DNA of 64,000 nt from Scenedesmus sp. PABB004 (Eukaryota). The position numbers and the translations under genes are program-made. Positions 1 to 11,818 of the stretch are shown piece by piece (the first letter of the stretch is position 1; each line of letters begins with the position of its first letter). The stretch covers positions 1,364,001 through 1,428,000 of the forward strand of contig JABVCE010000005.1 of the NCBI GenBank assembly GCA_014905635.1. The letters run 5' to 3'. The notes beneath the pieces are model-generated. The model was not told the DNA's origin, did no database searches, and worked only from the letters and a program-made list of their open reading frames with translations.

Positions 1-1362
1 GGCGCCGCCGCCGCCGCCCGCCTCGCTGCCGCCGTCGCCCGCCGACAGCACCTCGTGCCGGCTGCCGCTGAAGCAGGCCTGCACGTAGGTGAACAGCGCG
101 TCCGCGCCGCCGCGCTGCGCCTTGGCACCGCCCTTGGCCGCCTTGCCGCGCCGACCGCCGCCCGGCGCGGGGGCCTCGGCGGCGCCCGCGTCGCGCAGCG
201 CCGCGTTGATCGCCGCGTCGAGCTGGTCAGGGAAGCGCAGGTCAAGCGCGCGCAGCGCCTCGCCCACGTGCGGCGCCGCGGTGCCGCCCTGCGCCGCGTG
301 CGCCGCCGCGCCGGCGCGCAGCAGGCCGGCCGCCGCGCCCTGCACGAGCGCTGGGTCCAGGTCCAGGTGGCGCAGCAGCGCCAGCAGCAGCGGCAGCAGC
401 GCCGGCTGCCCCGGCAGCGCCGCCGCGAGCGACGGCAGCAGCAGGGACATCAGTGGGCCGAGCTTGGCGCCGCGCGCCTGCAGGTCCGCCAGCTGCTGCC
501 CCACGCCCTCCTGCGCGGCCAGCAGCTGCGCGCGCGGCGGCGCGCGCCGGCGGCGGGCGGCGCGGGCGCGCGGGCGGGCGGGGCGGGCGGCGCGGCTCAG
601 CAGGCGAGGGCGCTGCTGAGGTGCGTATGTGAAGAGTGAAGAGTGAGTGAGTGGAGGGAGGGGGTGTCGCATGCTGGGTAAGACCCACGAGGTAACTGCC
701 CCGACGGGGCTCCCCAAGGTGATGGAATCAGCAGTCGCGGGCGCGCGGGAACCCCGCGGGCGGGGCTCGACCGCGCGCCGTCGCTCTCGGGTGTTCACTT
801 GAGGACTGTGCACCCACGGGGGGCGGCCGGCTGGCCGGGTGCTCCTGGTCAACGGCCCGCAGGCGCCCGGCTAAAGGCGCCCGCGGGCCCACCCTCGGTG
901 CAGTGCAGGTGCGGCCGCGTGCAGGGAGGTGTGGGGGGGGGGGGGGTGCAGCACGCGGCGCGGCGGGCCCCGCACCTGCAGCGCGCGGAGAGGCAGGGCC
1001 GTCAGGTGGGGCTGGCTGGCGGCGAGGTGGGCCAGCAGCATCAGCCCGGTCGTGCCGCCCAGGTCGGGTGCTCCCCGTACGACCTCAACGATCACCACTG
1101 CGGCGCGGGGCGGGGTGAGGGGGGGGGGGGGGTGTTGGGGTGGGCGGCGCAGAGCCGCGCGCTTTCATCCACGCAGGCGCCCGGCGCGGCGCCGCTGCTG
1201 CTGCTGTGCTGCCGCTGTGTGGCGCCTCAGGGAATACAAACTGAGGCACCCAGCGGGCGCGCGTGGCGCCCGAGTCGCGATGCATTTTCTCGTCACCGGC
1301 GCCACACAGCAGCAAGCCCCCGCTGGTGGCAGCCCCGCCGCTGCTGCTGCTGCTGCTGCCGC

Positions 1363-1405
<43 letters not shown>

Positions 1406-1727
1406 CCCCCCCTCTGCCGCCGCCGCCGCCCCGCCGGCGCACCTGCCAGGAAGTCTGTCGCGAGCTGCGCACGGCGCAGCAGCGACGTGAGGCCCATGAG
1501 CGTCGCCGCGCGGTAGTCGCGCGGCGCGTCGGCACGCAGCCCCGACACGAGGAAGGGCAGCAGCAGGCCCAGCAGGCCCTCGCCCACGGACGGCGCGGTC
1601 GCAAAGAGCTCGGAGAGCAGCACGCCATAGAAGCTGAGGTAGGTCTTGGACACAAACCCCGGCTCCCCGAGCGCCTGCGCGCCGCGGCACACCTCGCGCA
1701 GCACGGCCTGCGGCGGCGCGCGCGCCA

Positions 1728-1761
<34 letters not shown>

Positions 1762-2834
1762 GTCAGCGGCTGCCGGCCACCGGCTGCCGGCCGCCGGCTC
1801 GGCGGCGCGGGCGCGCGCGGCGCCGCACCTCGTCGTTCGCGCAGCGCAGCACGAGCAGCTCGCGCGGCGGCGGCGCGCCGCTCGTCTGCGCCGGCTCCAG
1901 CCACGCCCAGGGCGTGCCCTTGAGCTGCAGCAGCGCCACGAGGCGCGCAAACTCGGGCGTCGCGTGGTAGGGCAGCGCGCAGAGCAGCAGGTCGCCGACG
2001 TTGTGCACGTGCACGCTGTGTGGCGGCGCGCGCGACGGCGGGGGGGGGGGGGGTGCGGGCGGTGAGCGAGGGGTGAGCGAGGGGTGAGCGGCGGGGCGGC
2101 GGCGGCGGCGGCTGCTGGGCGCAGCGGCACGGCCGGGGCGTGGCGGCGCGCAGCGCGGCCCGCTGCAGCTGCCGCGCCGGCGCCGCCGACGCTGGCGGCG
2201 ACGCTAACGGGCGGGCGCGCCGCGGCGGGCGCGCTCACGCGTAGCGGCGCACGCAGTACTCGAGCGCCTGGAACGCCGCCGGCGCGAGCAAGTGGTTGGT
2301 CAGGACGCGCAGGAAGGCGCGCAGGTTGGCGTCCAGGGCCTCGTTCTCCTCCCGCGTCAGCTGCTCCCGCGCGACGCCGAGCGAGGCGCGGCTGAAGAGG
2401 GAGTCTGGGAACGGCGCGAAGCGCTTGTCCGCCCTGCACAGCGCCTCCAGGCCTGTGGCGCGGCGGCGGGCGGGCGCGGGGGGTGGGGGGCGGTGCGGGC
2501 GTGCCGGGGCGCGCCGCGCCGCGGCCGCCGGGCGCCCGCGCGGCGCGGGGCGGGGCGGGCTGCGCGCGGTGCGATGCCGGGCGCTGGCGGCGGCGGCGCG
2601 CGCGGGCCCGCCCCAGCGACGCGCGCGGGGCGCAGCCCGCACGTCGCGCCGTGCGTCGCGCCGGCCGCTGCGGCCGGGCGCACCCTGGGCGGCGATCGAG
2701 AGCAGCTGCTCCGCGGAGACATCGGCCGCCTTGTCGTAGGGGAAGAGCAGGCTGGCCTTGCCCCGCACCCAGCGCTCAGACGGACCCTGGGCCACCGCCA
2801 GGGCCGCCAGCTGCGACGCCAGCGTGCTCGCCAT
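1..2834 (-). CDS. UTP10: U3 snoRNA-associated protein 10 / HEATR1 (t-UTP), 5' part; continues beyond the left edge. Exons 2834-2684, 2452-2239, 2015-1829, 1707-1443, 1097-976, 525-<1
   Basis: The spliced N-terminus MASTLASQLAAL..KASLLF..GLEAL..FPDSLFS..REQLTREENEALDANLRAFL..ALEYCVRRYAVHVHNVGDLLLCALPYHATPEFARLV matches the UTP10/HEATR1 N-terminal signature. All five GT-AG junctions keep the frame. Confidence 0.93.
662..895 (-). ncRNA. Candidate intronic H/ACA snoRNA, U17/snR30-like
   Basis: Lies in UTP10 intron 5 (975-526). A branched 5' domain closed by GGGUG/CACCC is followed by an H-box-like AGAGCGA (787-781), an internal hairpin, and a 3' hairpin (UGCUG/CAGCA stem) whose internal loop carries AUUCCAU (728-722) and UUACC (681-677). 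ACA (667-665) sits 3 nt before the proposed end. Confidence 0.6.
1214..1310 (-). ncRNA. Candidate intronic C/D-box snoRNA
   Basis: Lies in UTP10 intron 4. A perfect 13-bp terminal stem (GCTGTGTGGCGCC/GGCGCCACACAGC) brackets a C-box variant GUGACGA (1296-1290) and a D box CUGA (1230-1227). An AU-rich guide CAGUUUGUAUUCC lies directly before the D box. Confidence 0.8.
1340..1403. repeat. (CTG)n/(CCG) microsatellite in UTP10 intron 4
   Basis: Visible trinucleotide run. Confidence 0.9.
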
Positions 2835-3607
2835 GGTCGCGCGAGGCCGGTGGGCGGCGGTGGGGCGGCGGGTGAGGCGCCGCGCCTCAGACCGCGGGTC
2901 GCGCCATGCCCAGCGCTGTTGTGGGCGGTGGAGGCGCAGGGGGTTGTCTGCGCCCCGCGCGCCGCCGAGCGGCCGGCGTTAGTGACTGGGGCCGTCAAAG
3001 AAGCAGGCGCGGGCTGCGGAGAGGCGCGTGTGCGCATTCCAGGGCGAGTGCGGTGGCGGCGGGGGCGCGCCGCAGCCGGCGGCGGCCGCCACGGCGCGTT
3101 GACCGCTGCTCGCCGGCGCGGCGGCCGCGGCCGGCCCCGCACCGCCAGCAGCCTGCCTGCCCTGATCCAGTTGAGTGCGGGTGGAGGCTGCCCAGCTGGC
3201 AGGCCTGGGTTGGGTGCCGCGGCCGGCCGGCACGGCGCGCCGCGCGCGACCGCCGCGGCTGGTGCGGCGGTGCGGCGGCGGTCTCGCGCCGGGCGTCGCG
3301 AAGAGCAAGGGCAGAGATTGGGCGGTCCTGGGGCGCCGCCCCAGCTGCGCTGCGCCCGCCGTGAGCCGCGGCGTCTTTGCCAGCAACACACCGCGGCCTG
3401 AGCTCCCCGCTCGCCCCCCGCGGGTCCAGGGATCCGCCCCGATCGCGCACCACTCCCGCGCGCCCGGATCTGCCCCCGCGCCCCCGCTGTGCGCCAGCCC
3501 GCCCGTGCCGGCATCCCTCGCCGAGAGCGCCGCCTCCGATACGCCTCGCGCGCCCCGGCCGCGCCGTCCGTCGCGCTCTCCCCGCTCCCCGGCCGTCCCG
3601 CGCCGCA

Positions 3608-4287
3608 ATGCAGGCCCGCACGGCGCCGCGCGGCGGCCGCATGGCCGCCGCCGCCCCGGCGCCGCTCGCGGCCGGCCGCCGCTGGCTGTGCAGGGCGCCC
3701 GCCGGGCCGCCCGCCCGCCGGAGCGTGGCGGCGGCCGCCGGGGAGGACCTCGACACCGACGCGTATTGCTGCCTGGTGCGCCGGCGGCGGCGCGGCGGCG
3801 CGGCGGGCGCGGCAGCAGCGGCGCGGCGCGCGCGCGCCGCGCGGCGGCGCCAGATCCCGGCGCCGACGCGCCGGCGCGGCGGCGCGGCGGCGCGCAGGGC
3901 ATGTCGCACTGCTTCAAGAAGGCCGACGACGGCCGCCTGGCGGACGTGATGGTCATCGAGCCCATCTCCTCGAGCAGCCTCGAGTGCATGGCCGCGGGTG
4001 CGCCCCGGGCGCTTCGAGCCGCGCCGCGTGCCGCCGCGGCCCCGACGTGCCGCCGCCGCGTGCCGACGCCGCGTGCCGACGCGCGCCGCCGCCCTGGGCG
4101 CCGCGCGCAGGCGCCAAGACGTCGTTCAAGCTCGCGACGGGCGTGAGCTTCGGCGACGCGTCGGCGCGCGACAAGGCGCGCCTGCCGGGCGAGTTTGCGG
4201 ACGCCGTGTTCTGCGACGAGTGGGCGTACCGCCTCAACGCCGCGGCGCGCACGTGGCAGCGCCCGCACGCGCAGGACAATCTCATGT

Positions 4288-4327
<40 letters not shown>

Positions 4328-4711
4328 GCACGGGGCCGGCAGCGCGGGGCCGCCGCAGCCGACCCCGGGCGCGCGCTCTGCGCCCGCCCCTCTCACCCCG
4401 CCCGCCCCGCCCGCCGCCCCGCCGCCGCCCCGCCGCCGCCCCTCTCACCCCGCCGCAGGGACATCGTGCCGCTGGGCAAGGTGCGGTCGGCGTTCAACTT
4501 CAGCCTCGACAACAAGCGCGTGCTCAACTTTGACAACGTGGTCACCGACGACGACAACGTGAAGCAGGACATGTCCATCGACGTCTACGGCCGCGCCGAC
4601 AAGAAGGCGCGCGACGAGGCGATGGCCGCGGCCGCGGCCGAGGCCGACGCCGCCGCCGCGGCGGCAAAGGAGGCCGAGGCGGACGAGCTCGACGCGCTGC
4701 TCGCGGCGTGA
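3608..4711 (+). CDS. Probable plastid-targeted protein of a cyanobacterial-type uncharacterised family. Exons 3608-3775, 3898-3997, 4111-4285, 4459-4711
   Basis: Ala/Arg-rich transit-like N-terminus, then DAYCCLGMSHCF..VIEPI..AKTSF..FCDEW..AAARTW..FNFSLDNKRVLN..VTDDDNVKQ, which resembles a conserved cyanobacterial/algal hypothetical protein. Junctions are canonical. Confidence 0.8.
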
Positions 4712-5081
4712 GGCGGCGTGCCTGCGCGCGGGGGCGTGTGTGTCGTGGGGCGAGCAGGTTGGCGGGAAGGAGGGGGTCGCGCGCGGGGGATGCGCTCGCA
4801 GGACTGCGCCGCCGGCCGGCGCCCGCGCGCGGCGCGCAGGGCGGGCGCGTGGCCGGCGGGCGGCGCAGCGGCCCGGCCGCCGGGCTCGCCGCCGCATGGC
4901 GGCGGCCGTCGTCGTCGCTTGGTAAGCGGAGAGAGACAGCCTCCTCGGCGGCGGTCACGGGCGGGCAGTTTGCCGGACGCCCCGGCACGCCGCCGCCGCG
5001 CTGGGGAGATCGGCGCCGCGGCGGGCGCTCAATTGCTCGTCTCCCCGCTCGCGCGCCGTCACCGCATCGCCCGCGCACAGA

Positions 5082-5648
5082 ATGGCGGCCCGCATGCGCG
5101 CGGCGGGCGCGAGCAGCAGCAGCAGCTCCCGCGGGGGGGCGGCGTGCGCGCCCCGCCGCGGCCCGGCGCGGCCGGCGCGGTGTCCTGTGCGCGTGTGCGC
5201 GGCGGAGGGCTTCTGCCGGGACAAGGTGAACGTGGAGGCGCGGGGCAAGGCGGCGAGCGCGGGCAAGACGTACCGGCTGAGCTTCGTGGGCAGCGGCGAG
5301 ACCAAGGAGATCGACTGCCCCGACGACACCTACATCCTGGACGCGGCGGAGGCGGCGGGGCTGGACCTGCCCGCGACCTGCAAGTCCGGCATCTGCGGCA
5401 CCTGCGTCGGCCGCATCGCGTCGGGGACGTTCGACCCCAGCGACATTGCCGACATCTCGTTCACGCTCAACGAGGACGAGCAGGCCCAGGGGCTGGCCAT
5501 GCTGTGCATGACGCGGCCGACGAGCGACCTGGTCATCGAGACGCAGTGCGACTGGGGCTACAGCCTCGGCGTCAAGGAGTGGGAGGGCGCGACCGGCCAG
5601 TTCAGCGCCACGCCCGACCCGCTCATGGGCAAAAAGTGGCAGGAGTGA
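5082..5648 (+). CDS. FDX3: Chloroplast [2Fe-2S] ferredoxin with C-terminal extension (Chlamydomonas FDX3-like), intronless
   Basis: YILDAAEAAGLDLPATCKSGICGTC (Cx4Cx2C) and LCMTR. The extension QCDWGYSLGVKEWEGATGQF is characteristic of algal FDX3. N-terminus is transit-like. Confidence 0.88.
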   Translation: MAARMRAAGASSSSSSRGGAACAPRRGPARPARCPVRVCAAEGFCRDKVNVEARGKAASAGKTYRLSFVGSGETKEIDCPDDTYILDAAEAAGLDLPATCKSGICGTCVGRIASGTFDPSDIADISFTLNEDEQAQGLAMLCMTRPTSDLVIETQCDWGYSLGVKEWEGATGQFSATPDPLMGKKWQE

Positions 5649-6047
5649 GCCGGCGTGCAGCGCGGCGCGCATGCCGCGGCGGCGCTGCAGGCGCAGCGCC
5701 GCACGGCGGCGGCGGCGGCGGCGGCGGCAGAAGCAGCAGCAGCAGCACCGGACCCGCGCCGCGCGGCCCCAGCAGGCGCTGGGGCCCGCGGCGGCACACT
5801 GTACAGTAGCTGGCGGCCGGGCGCGCGCGGCGCGGCGCGTGCAGCGCACGCGCGCGCCTGTGGCGCCACACGCAAGTGGTTTTGGGGGCGGCGCTGCGGG
5901 TGGTTGGGGCGGCGGGGACTGGGAGGCAGCTGGGCACGCGAGCGCTGGGTGCCGCTGAGTGCAAGCGGCGAACGCGCGCGGTGCCCTCGAGTAACACGGG
6001 CGCCGCGCTCCCACGCCCCGCGGCACCGCTGCGGCGGCCGCCCGCGC

Positions 6048-6408
6048 TCACGCCTTCCAGAGGAACAGCGGCCCCTCCTGCGCAAACGTGGCGACCAGGT
6101 TGCGGTGCGGGTGGTGCGCCACGCCGATGGCCTCCTTCTCGTGCACCTGCGCGGGCGGCGCGGCGCGGCGGGCGGCGGGCTCAGCGGCGCGGCCACGCGG
6201 CGTCGGCAGCAGGGACCGGCAGGGCGCGGCCGCCCGCCGGGCGCGGGCAGAGCGACTGCGCCGCGCCGTGCCGCGCCGCGCCGCGCGCCTGCATGATGTG
6301 CTCCAGCTTGCCCGCCGCGGTCGCGAAGCAGTAGAGCACGCTGTCCTCGCCCAGCGCGTACGCCCACTCGCCGCGCGGGGAGAGCGCCATCGCGCGGAAG
6401 TCTGGCGC

Positions 6409-6442
<34 letters not shown>

Positions 6443-7201
6443 GTTGGCGCGCGCGGCGCGCCGCGCGGCGCGCACCCGGGCCCGCGCCTCGGCGGAGCGG
6501 CGGAGGCAGCCCGCGCGCGCGCGGGGCTCACCGCCGCCCTCGCGCTTGCCCGACTGCATCGCGCGGATGACCTGGCCGCTGAGGTGCATGAGGTGGAGGC
6601 TGCTGCTCTGGCTGCACACAAAGAGCTGCTCCGGGTGCAGCGGGTGCAGCGCAATGGACAGGACGCCCGGGTCCTCGCGCTCCCCCGCGCCGCCCGACGC
6701 GGGCGGCCTGCGGCGGCGGCGGCGGGTTGAGGCGCCGGGCGCGCCGCGCGCCGCCGGCGGGCAGCGCCGCGCGCAGCGCAGCGCGCGCGCGCGCGCATGC
6801 CCCGGGCCCCCTTGCACCTGAACGCGTGTAGCTGCTCGCACGTCTTGACGTCCCAGACGCGGACAGTCGCGTCGCTGCTGCAGCTGATGATCTGGCTGCC
6901 GTCCGCGCTGTACAGCACGTCCTGCGCAGCGCCGCCGGCGGCGGCGGCGGCGGCGGCGTTGGGCGCGCCTCGGCGGCGGGCACCACCCTCGCCGCGCGGG
7001 GTGGCCGGGGGCGCGGGCGGGCGATGCGGTGCGGTGCGGTGCGCGGGCGGGCGGGCGCGCGGACCTGCACGTAGCTGGTGTGCCCCCTGAACTCCTTGAT
7101 CATGCGGCCGCTCTTGAGGCCGTGCACGCGGATGCTGCCGTCGTACGAGCCGCTCAGCACCTGCGCCGCGGCCGCGCGCTCGGCGGGCGGCCGCGGCGCG
7201 C

Positions 7202-7232
<31 letters not shown>

Positions 7233-9057
7233 GGCGCGCGGCGCGCACCTGCGTGCCGTCGCGCGAGAGCGCGACGCACGTGACGCCCTGGCTGTGCGCG
7301 TGGTCGAAGCGGCGCAGGCACTGCCCGCTGCTGACGCGCCAGACCTTGACCTTGCCGTCCAGGCTGCCTGCGCGGCGCGGCGCGGCGCGGCGCGGCCGCG
7401 CGGCCGCGACTTGGGCCTCCGCGGGCGCGGCGCCGCGCCCGAACAACCCGCACGCCCCCGCGCGCGCACGCGCGCAAGCGCCGCCGCCGGCCGCGCGCGC
7501 GCGCCACGCCAGGCGCGCGGCGCGCCGCACCCGAGACGAGCACGCTCGACTCGCGGTTGAACGCGAGCGCGAGCACCGCCTCGTCATGCATCATGAACAG
7601 CTCGTCGGCCTGGTAGGTCAGGTCCTTCTTCAGCCGCCCGCTGCTCGGCTCCCACACCTGCGCGCGGCGGCGCGCGCGGCGGCGGCGGCGGCGGCGGCGG
7701 CGTGGGAGCGCTGGCGCGGGCCGCGGCGGGCCCGCGCGCGCGCGCGGCGGGCGCGGCGCGGCGCGCGGCGGCGCGCGGCGCGCCTCGATGAAGCCGTCGG
7801 TGCTGCCCGTCGCGAGCATGGTGCCATCAGGCGAGAACACGGCGACCTCGGGGTGCGTCTTGGCGCCAAACACGACCTGCGCGGTGGCGCGGCGGGGTGG
7901 GACGGGGTGAGTGGGGGGCACGCGCAGCGCGTGGCTGCGCATCGCGTGGGCCGCGCGCCGCGGCGCTGCAGCGCAGCGCGCGTCGCGCCTTGGCGGCGAG
8001 CGAGGTGGGGTAGGTCTCGACCTCGTCCCGCTGCGACGCGGCGGTGCCGCGGAAGAGGTCGTAGGCGGTGCCCGGCGGCAGCAGGCCCTGGCTCTGCTGC
8101 CTGCACAGCGCCGGGCGCGCGCGCGGCGCGGCGTGCGGCGGGCGGCGGCGGGGCGGTCGGGCGGCGCGCGCGCGCGCGCGGGCGCGGCGTGCGCGCCGCG
8201 GCGCGCGTGTGCTGTGTGCTGCGGCGCCCCGCGCGCGCCGCGCACCACTTGACCGCGTGGCCCACGATCGCCATGAGCCGGCTCGGCGGCACCATGGCGA
8301 CCTCGGCCGAGAGCGCGTTGGCGAGCGCGGCGCGGCGCTGCTCCTTGGAGCTGCCCGCGCCGTAGAGGTCGCGGGCGTCGGCGTACGCGCGGCCGCACAG
8401 CGCGTCGAGGCGCGCGTAGCGCTCCGGGTCCTCGGCGCGCAGCGCCTGCAGCACCGCCGTCTGCCGCAGCATCGCGCGCGCGGTGTCGAGCTCGCGCAGC
8501 TCGACCATCTCCAGCACCACCTGCGCCAGGCGCGGGCGGCGGGCGGCGGCGCGCGGGCGCGTGGGCGTGGCGGCGCGGGCGGGGGCGCGGGCGCGGGCGG
8601 GGGCGGGCGGGGCCGCCGCCGCTGCCGGCGCCGCGCGCACCTGCTCGTACAGCGCCTCGAGCTTTGCGCGCGGCAGCTTCAGCTGCGCGACCTGTGGCAG
8701 CAGCACGTCCCAGCGGCCCGCGTTGACGTCGGCGACAAAGTTCTCAATCGAGTCGACCGTGTTGAGCGACACGTGGCACTCGTTCTGCGCGGCACGCGAG
8801 CGCCCGGCGGCGGCGCGGTGAGCGGCGGCGCGGCGCGGCTGCGTGGGCGTGGCGCCGGGGCGCGCCTGGATGGCGTTGAACGACTCGGTGAGGCCGTTCT
8901 CCTTGCAGAACTGGAGGATGACCTTGATCACGCTGCGGGGGCAGCGGGCAGCGGGCGGCGGCGGCGGGCGGCGTGAGCGAGCAGCGGCCACCGCCGCCGC
9001 CCGCAGGGCGCGAGGGGAGAGCGGGCCTCACTCGGTGGCCTCGATCTCCAGCGACAT
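6048..9057 (-). CDS. SMU1: WD40-repeat spliceosomal protein SMU1 (13 exons)
   Basis: [111 protein letters not shown], i.e. LisH/CTLH plus WD40. Four of the 12 introns have GC donors. Confidence 0.97.
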
Positions 9058-9733
9058 CGCGCCGCCGCGCGCCCGCCGCCGGCGCCGCGCGCTGCCGCCG
9101 CTGCCGCCGCTGTCGCCGGCGCCGCGCCGCTGCCGCTGCCGCCAGCGCCGGAGCGCAGCGTCAGGCCAGTGTCTGGGTGATCGTGTGGGGTTGGGGAGGG
9201 AGCGCCCGCCGCTTGCTCCTGGCTCTGCTGCTGCTGCTGATGGCCGGCCTGCGCCGCGAGGGGCTCGCCAGCGACGGCTCTGCGACGCCGAGGAGCGTGG
9301 CAGGCGCCCAAACACGCACGTCCTGCGCAGAGCGCGCCCCCTGACCCGCGACCGCTCGACTCGCCGGACCGCGTTGGGTCGCGGGCCGGCGCTCGGGCGT
9401 CGCTCGGCACGCTCCGCGCCATTCCCGAGCCTGCCTCGCCGCTCGGCTCCGACTGGGCATAGGCCGCGCCCTCAGGCAGCGCCCGCGAGCCTCCGTTACC
9501 AAGCAGCTCGCGCGCCCGGGCCCGCGCAGCGCCCTCGCCCAGCTCCCAGCGCCCCCTCGAGGCGCGGCCCAGGCGCCTGCGGAACGCCCCGCACCGCCAG
9601 CGGCCGCCCGGCCCGGCGCGGGCGTGGCCGCGCCGCTGCTCCCGCGCGGCGCCGCCTCTTGGACGCGGCGCGCGGCGAGCGGCACCCGCGCAGCGCCGGC
9701 GGCGGCGGGCGCGACCGGCCGGCGGCCGCCGCG

Positions 9734-10513
9734 ATGGCGGCGCGGCCGCGCGGCGCCGCGGCGGCGGCGCTGGCGCTGCTCGCAGCGCTGCTGCTCGCGG
9801 CGACGGCGCCCGCGCGCGGCGCGGCGGCGGCGGCCGGCGGCGGCGGCTCCAACTGCCTGAGCGTGCTGTCCGAGTTTTACAAGTTCAACGCCAAGGAGGC
9901 CGCGCCGTTCACCGGGGAGAACATGGTCTACTTCCTGCACATCCCCCGCACCGCGGGCCGCACGTTCCACTCGTGCCTGCTCCGCCTCGGCACGCCCGGG
10001 CGGCGGCGCTGCCCCAAGGCGTACGACCACCTGCGCATCGACTTTGACGTCCCCTCCTGCTTCATGCTCTCCAGCCACGACGACTTCTCGGTCGTCGAGC
10101 GCCTCCCCGCCAACACCGCGGTCGTGAGCCAGCTGCGCGACCCGATCGACCGCTTCCTCTCCGCATACGAGTTTGCGATCGAGGTCGCCGCGCGCCAGCT
10201 GCGCCGCGCGCGCGGCTACACCAAGCCGCGCAACCGCGTCGTCACCGACGACGTGTGGCCCTGGTCCTACCTCATACCATACTTTGTCAACGACATCAAG
10301 CCGCGCGTGCGTGTGCCGCGCGGGGCGCCGCGGCGCGGCGGCGGCGGGCCGCGGCGGGGGGCAGTGCAGAGGGAGCCAAGCGCGGCGCGGCGGCAGCGCG
10401 GCGGCGCGAGGGGGCAGCGCTGACCGCGCCGCGCGCCCCGCCGCCGCCGCCGCCGCCGCCGCCGCGCAGATGGCCAAGGCCAAGGCGGAGCCGCTCGTCG
10501 CGCCGGGTGCGCG

Positions 10514-10595
<82 letters not shown>

Positions 10596-11767
10596 CGGCG
10601 CACGCGCGCGCGGCGCGCGCCGCTCACGCCCGCCCGCGCGCGGCGTCGCGCGCAGGCGTGTGGAGCGAGCAGCGCGCGGACGACGGGCGGCTGTACTACT
10701 GGAACAAGTTCCAGAACACGAGCAAGTGGAGCCTGAGCGCGGAGGAGCGGAAGCACCTGGTGCCCAACCTCGACCCCTACAACAACCGCCTGTTCATGCC
10801 GCTGGCAGAGTTCATCAAGCAGCCCATCGCGACCGAGCTGCTGCACAACGGCGAGTTCATGCAGGTGCGGCGGCGCCGCGTTGGGCGGGGCCGCGCGTGC
10901 GCGTGGCGCTGCGCGCGCACGCGGCGGGAGGGCGGGGGCGAAGGCGGCGGCGCCGCGCGCCCGCGCCGACGCGCGCGCCCCGGTGCGGCGGCGGCGGCGG
11001 CGCGTCAGGTGCTGGGCCTGACTAACTACAGCCACTGGGACAAGGCGGCCGAGCTGCGCGGCTGCCTGCTCGCGGACAAGGCGATCGCGGACGAGCTGCT
11101 CGACTTTGCGCTGCGCCGCATCGAGCGCTTTGCGCACGTCGGCGCGACGGACAAGCTGTTTGAGAGCGTCGAGTCGGCGGCCGCGAGCCTCGGCATGCCC
11201 CTCGACGGCCCCGCCTACGGCGCGGGCGAGGCGTCGGCCGCCAACGTCGAGCGCACGCGCACGCTCACCTGGGCCGAGGCGATGGCCGCGGGCGAGCCGC
11301 AGCAGCACGCGGGCGGCGGCGCCGCCGCGAGCGCGGCCGACGACGACGCGTACGGCGAGGGCAGCAGCGCGGGCGGCGCGGCGGGCGACGCGCCGGACGT
11401 GCACCAGCTCGCCGGCGCGGCGCGGCGGCTGCGCGCCGACGTGTCGGCCAAGCAGCTGCGCTGGAACGACGCGATCCAGTCCAGCGCGGACCAGGCGCAG
11501 CTGCGCGAGCTGCGCGGCGAGCTCAACGCGGCGCGCGCGGAGCTGAGCGACGCGCAGGCGCAGCTCGTGTCGGCGCGCAGCGAGGAGGCGCGGCAGCGCG
11601 AGCTCATGCTGCGCCCGCCCGACAAGGACAAGACGCTCGGTGCGCGGCGCGCGCGCGCGTGCGCGACGGCCCGCCGGCGCGGCGGCGGCCGCGGCGCACA
11701 CGCCGCCGCGGCGCCCGCGCCGCCGCCGAGCGCGCGCCTCTGAACGCCCCCGCGCCGCCGCCGCCGC

Positions 11768-11818
<51 letters not shown>

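Noticed and set aside
620..900. RNase MRP/P RNA as the identity of the structured UTP10 intron
   Set aside because: The P4 consensus halves (GAAAGUCCCC..GGGGCUNA) are not present in the right form or order. The H/ACA layout fits better.
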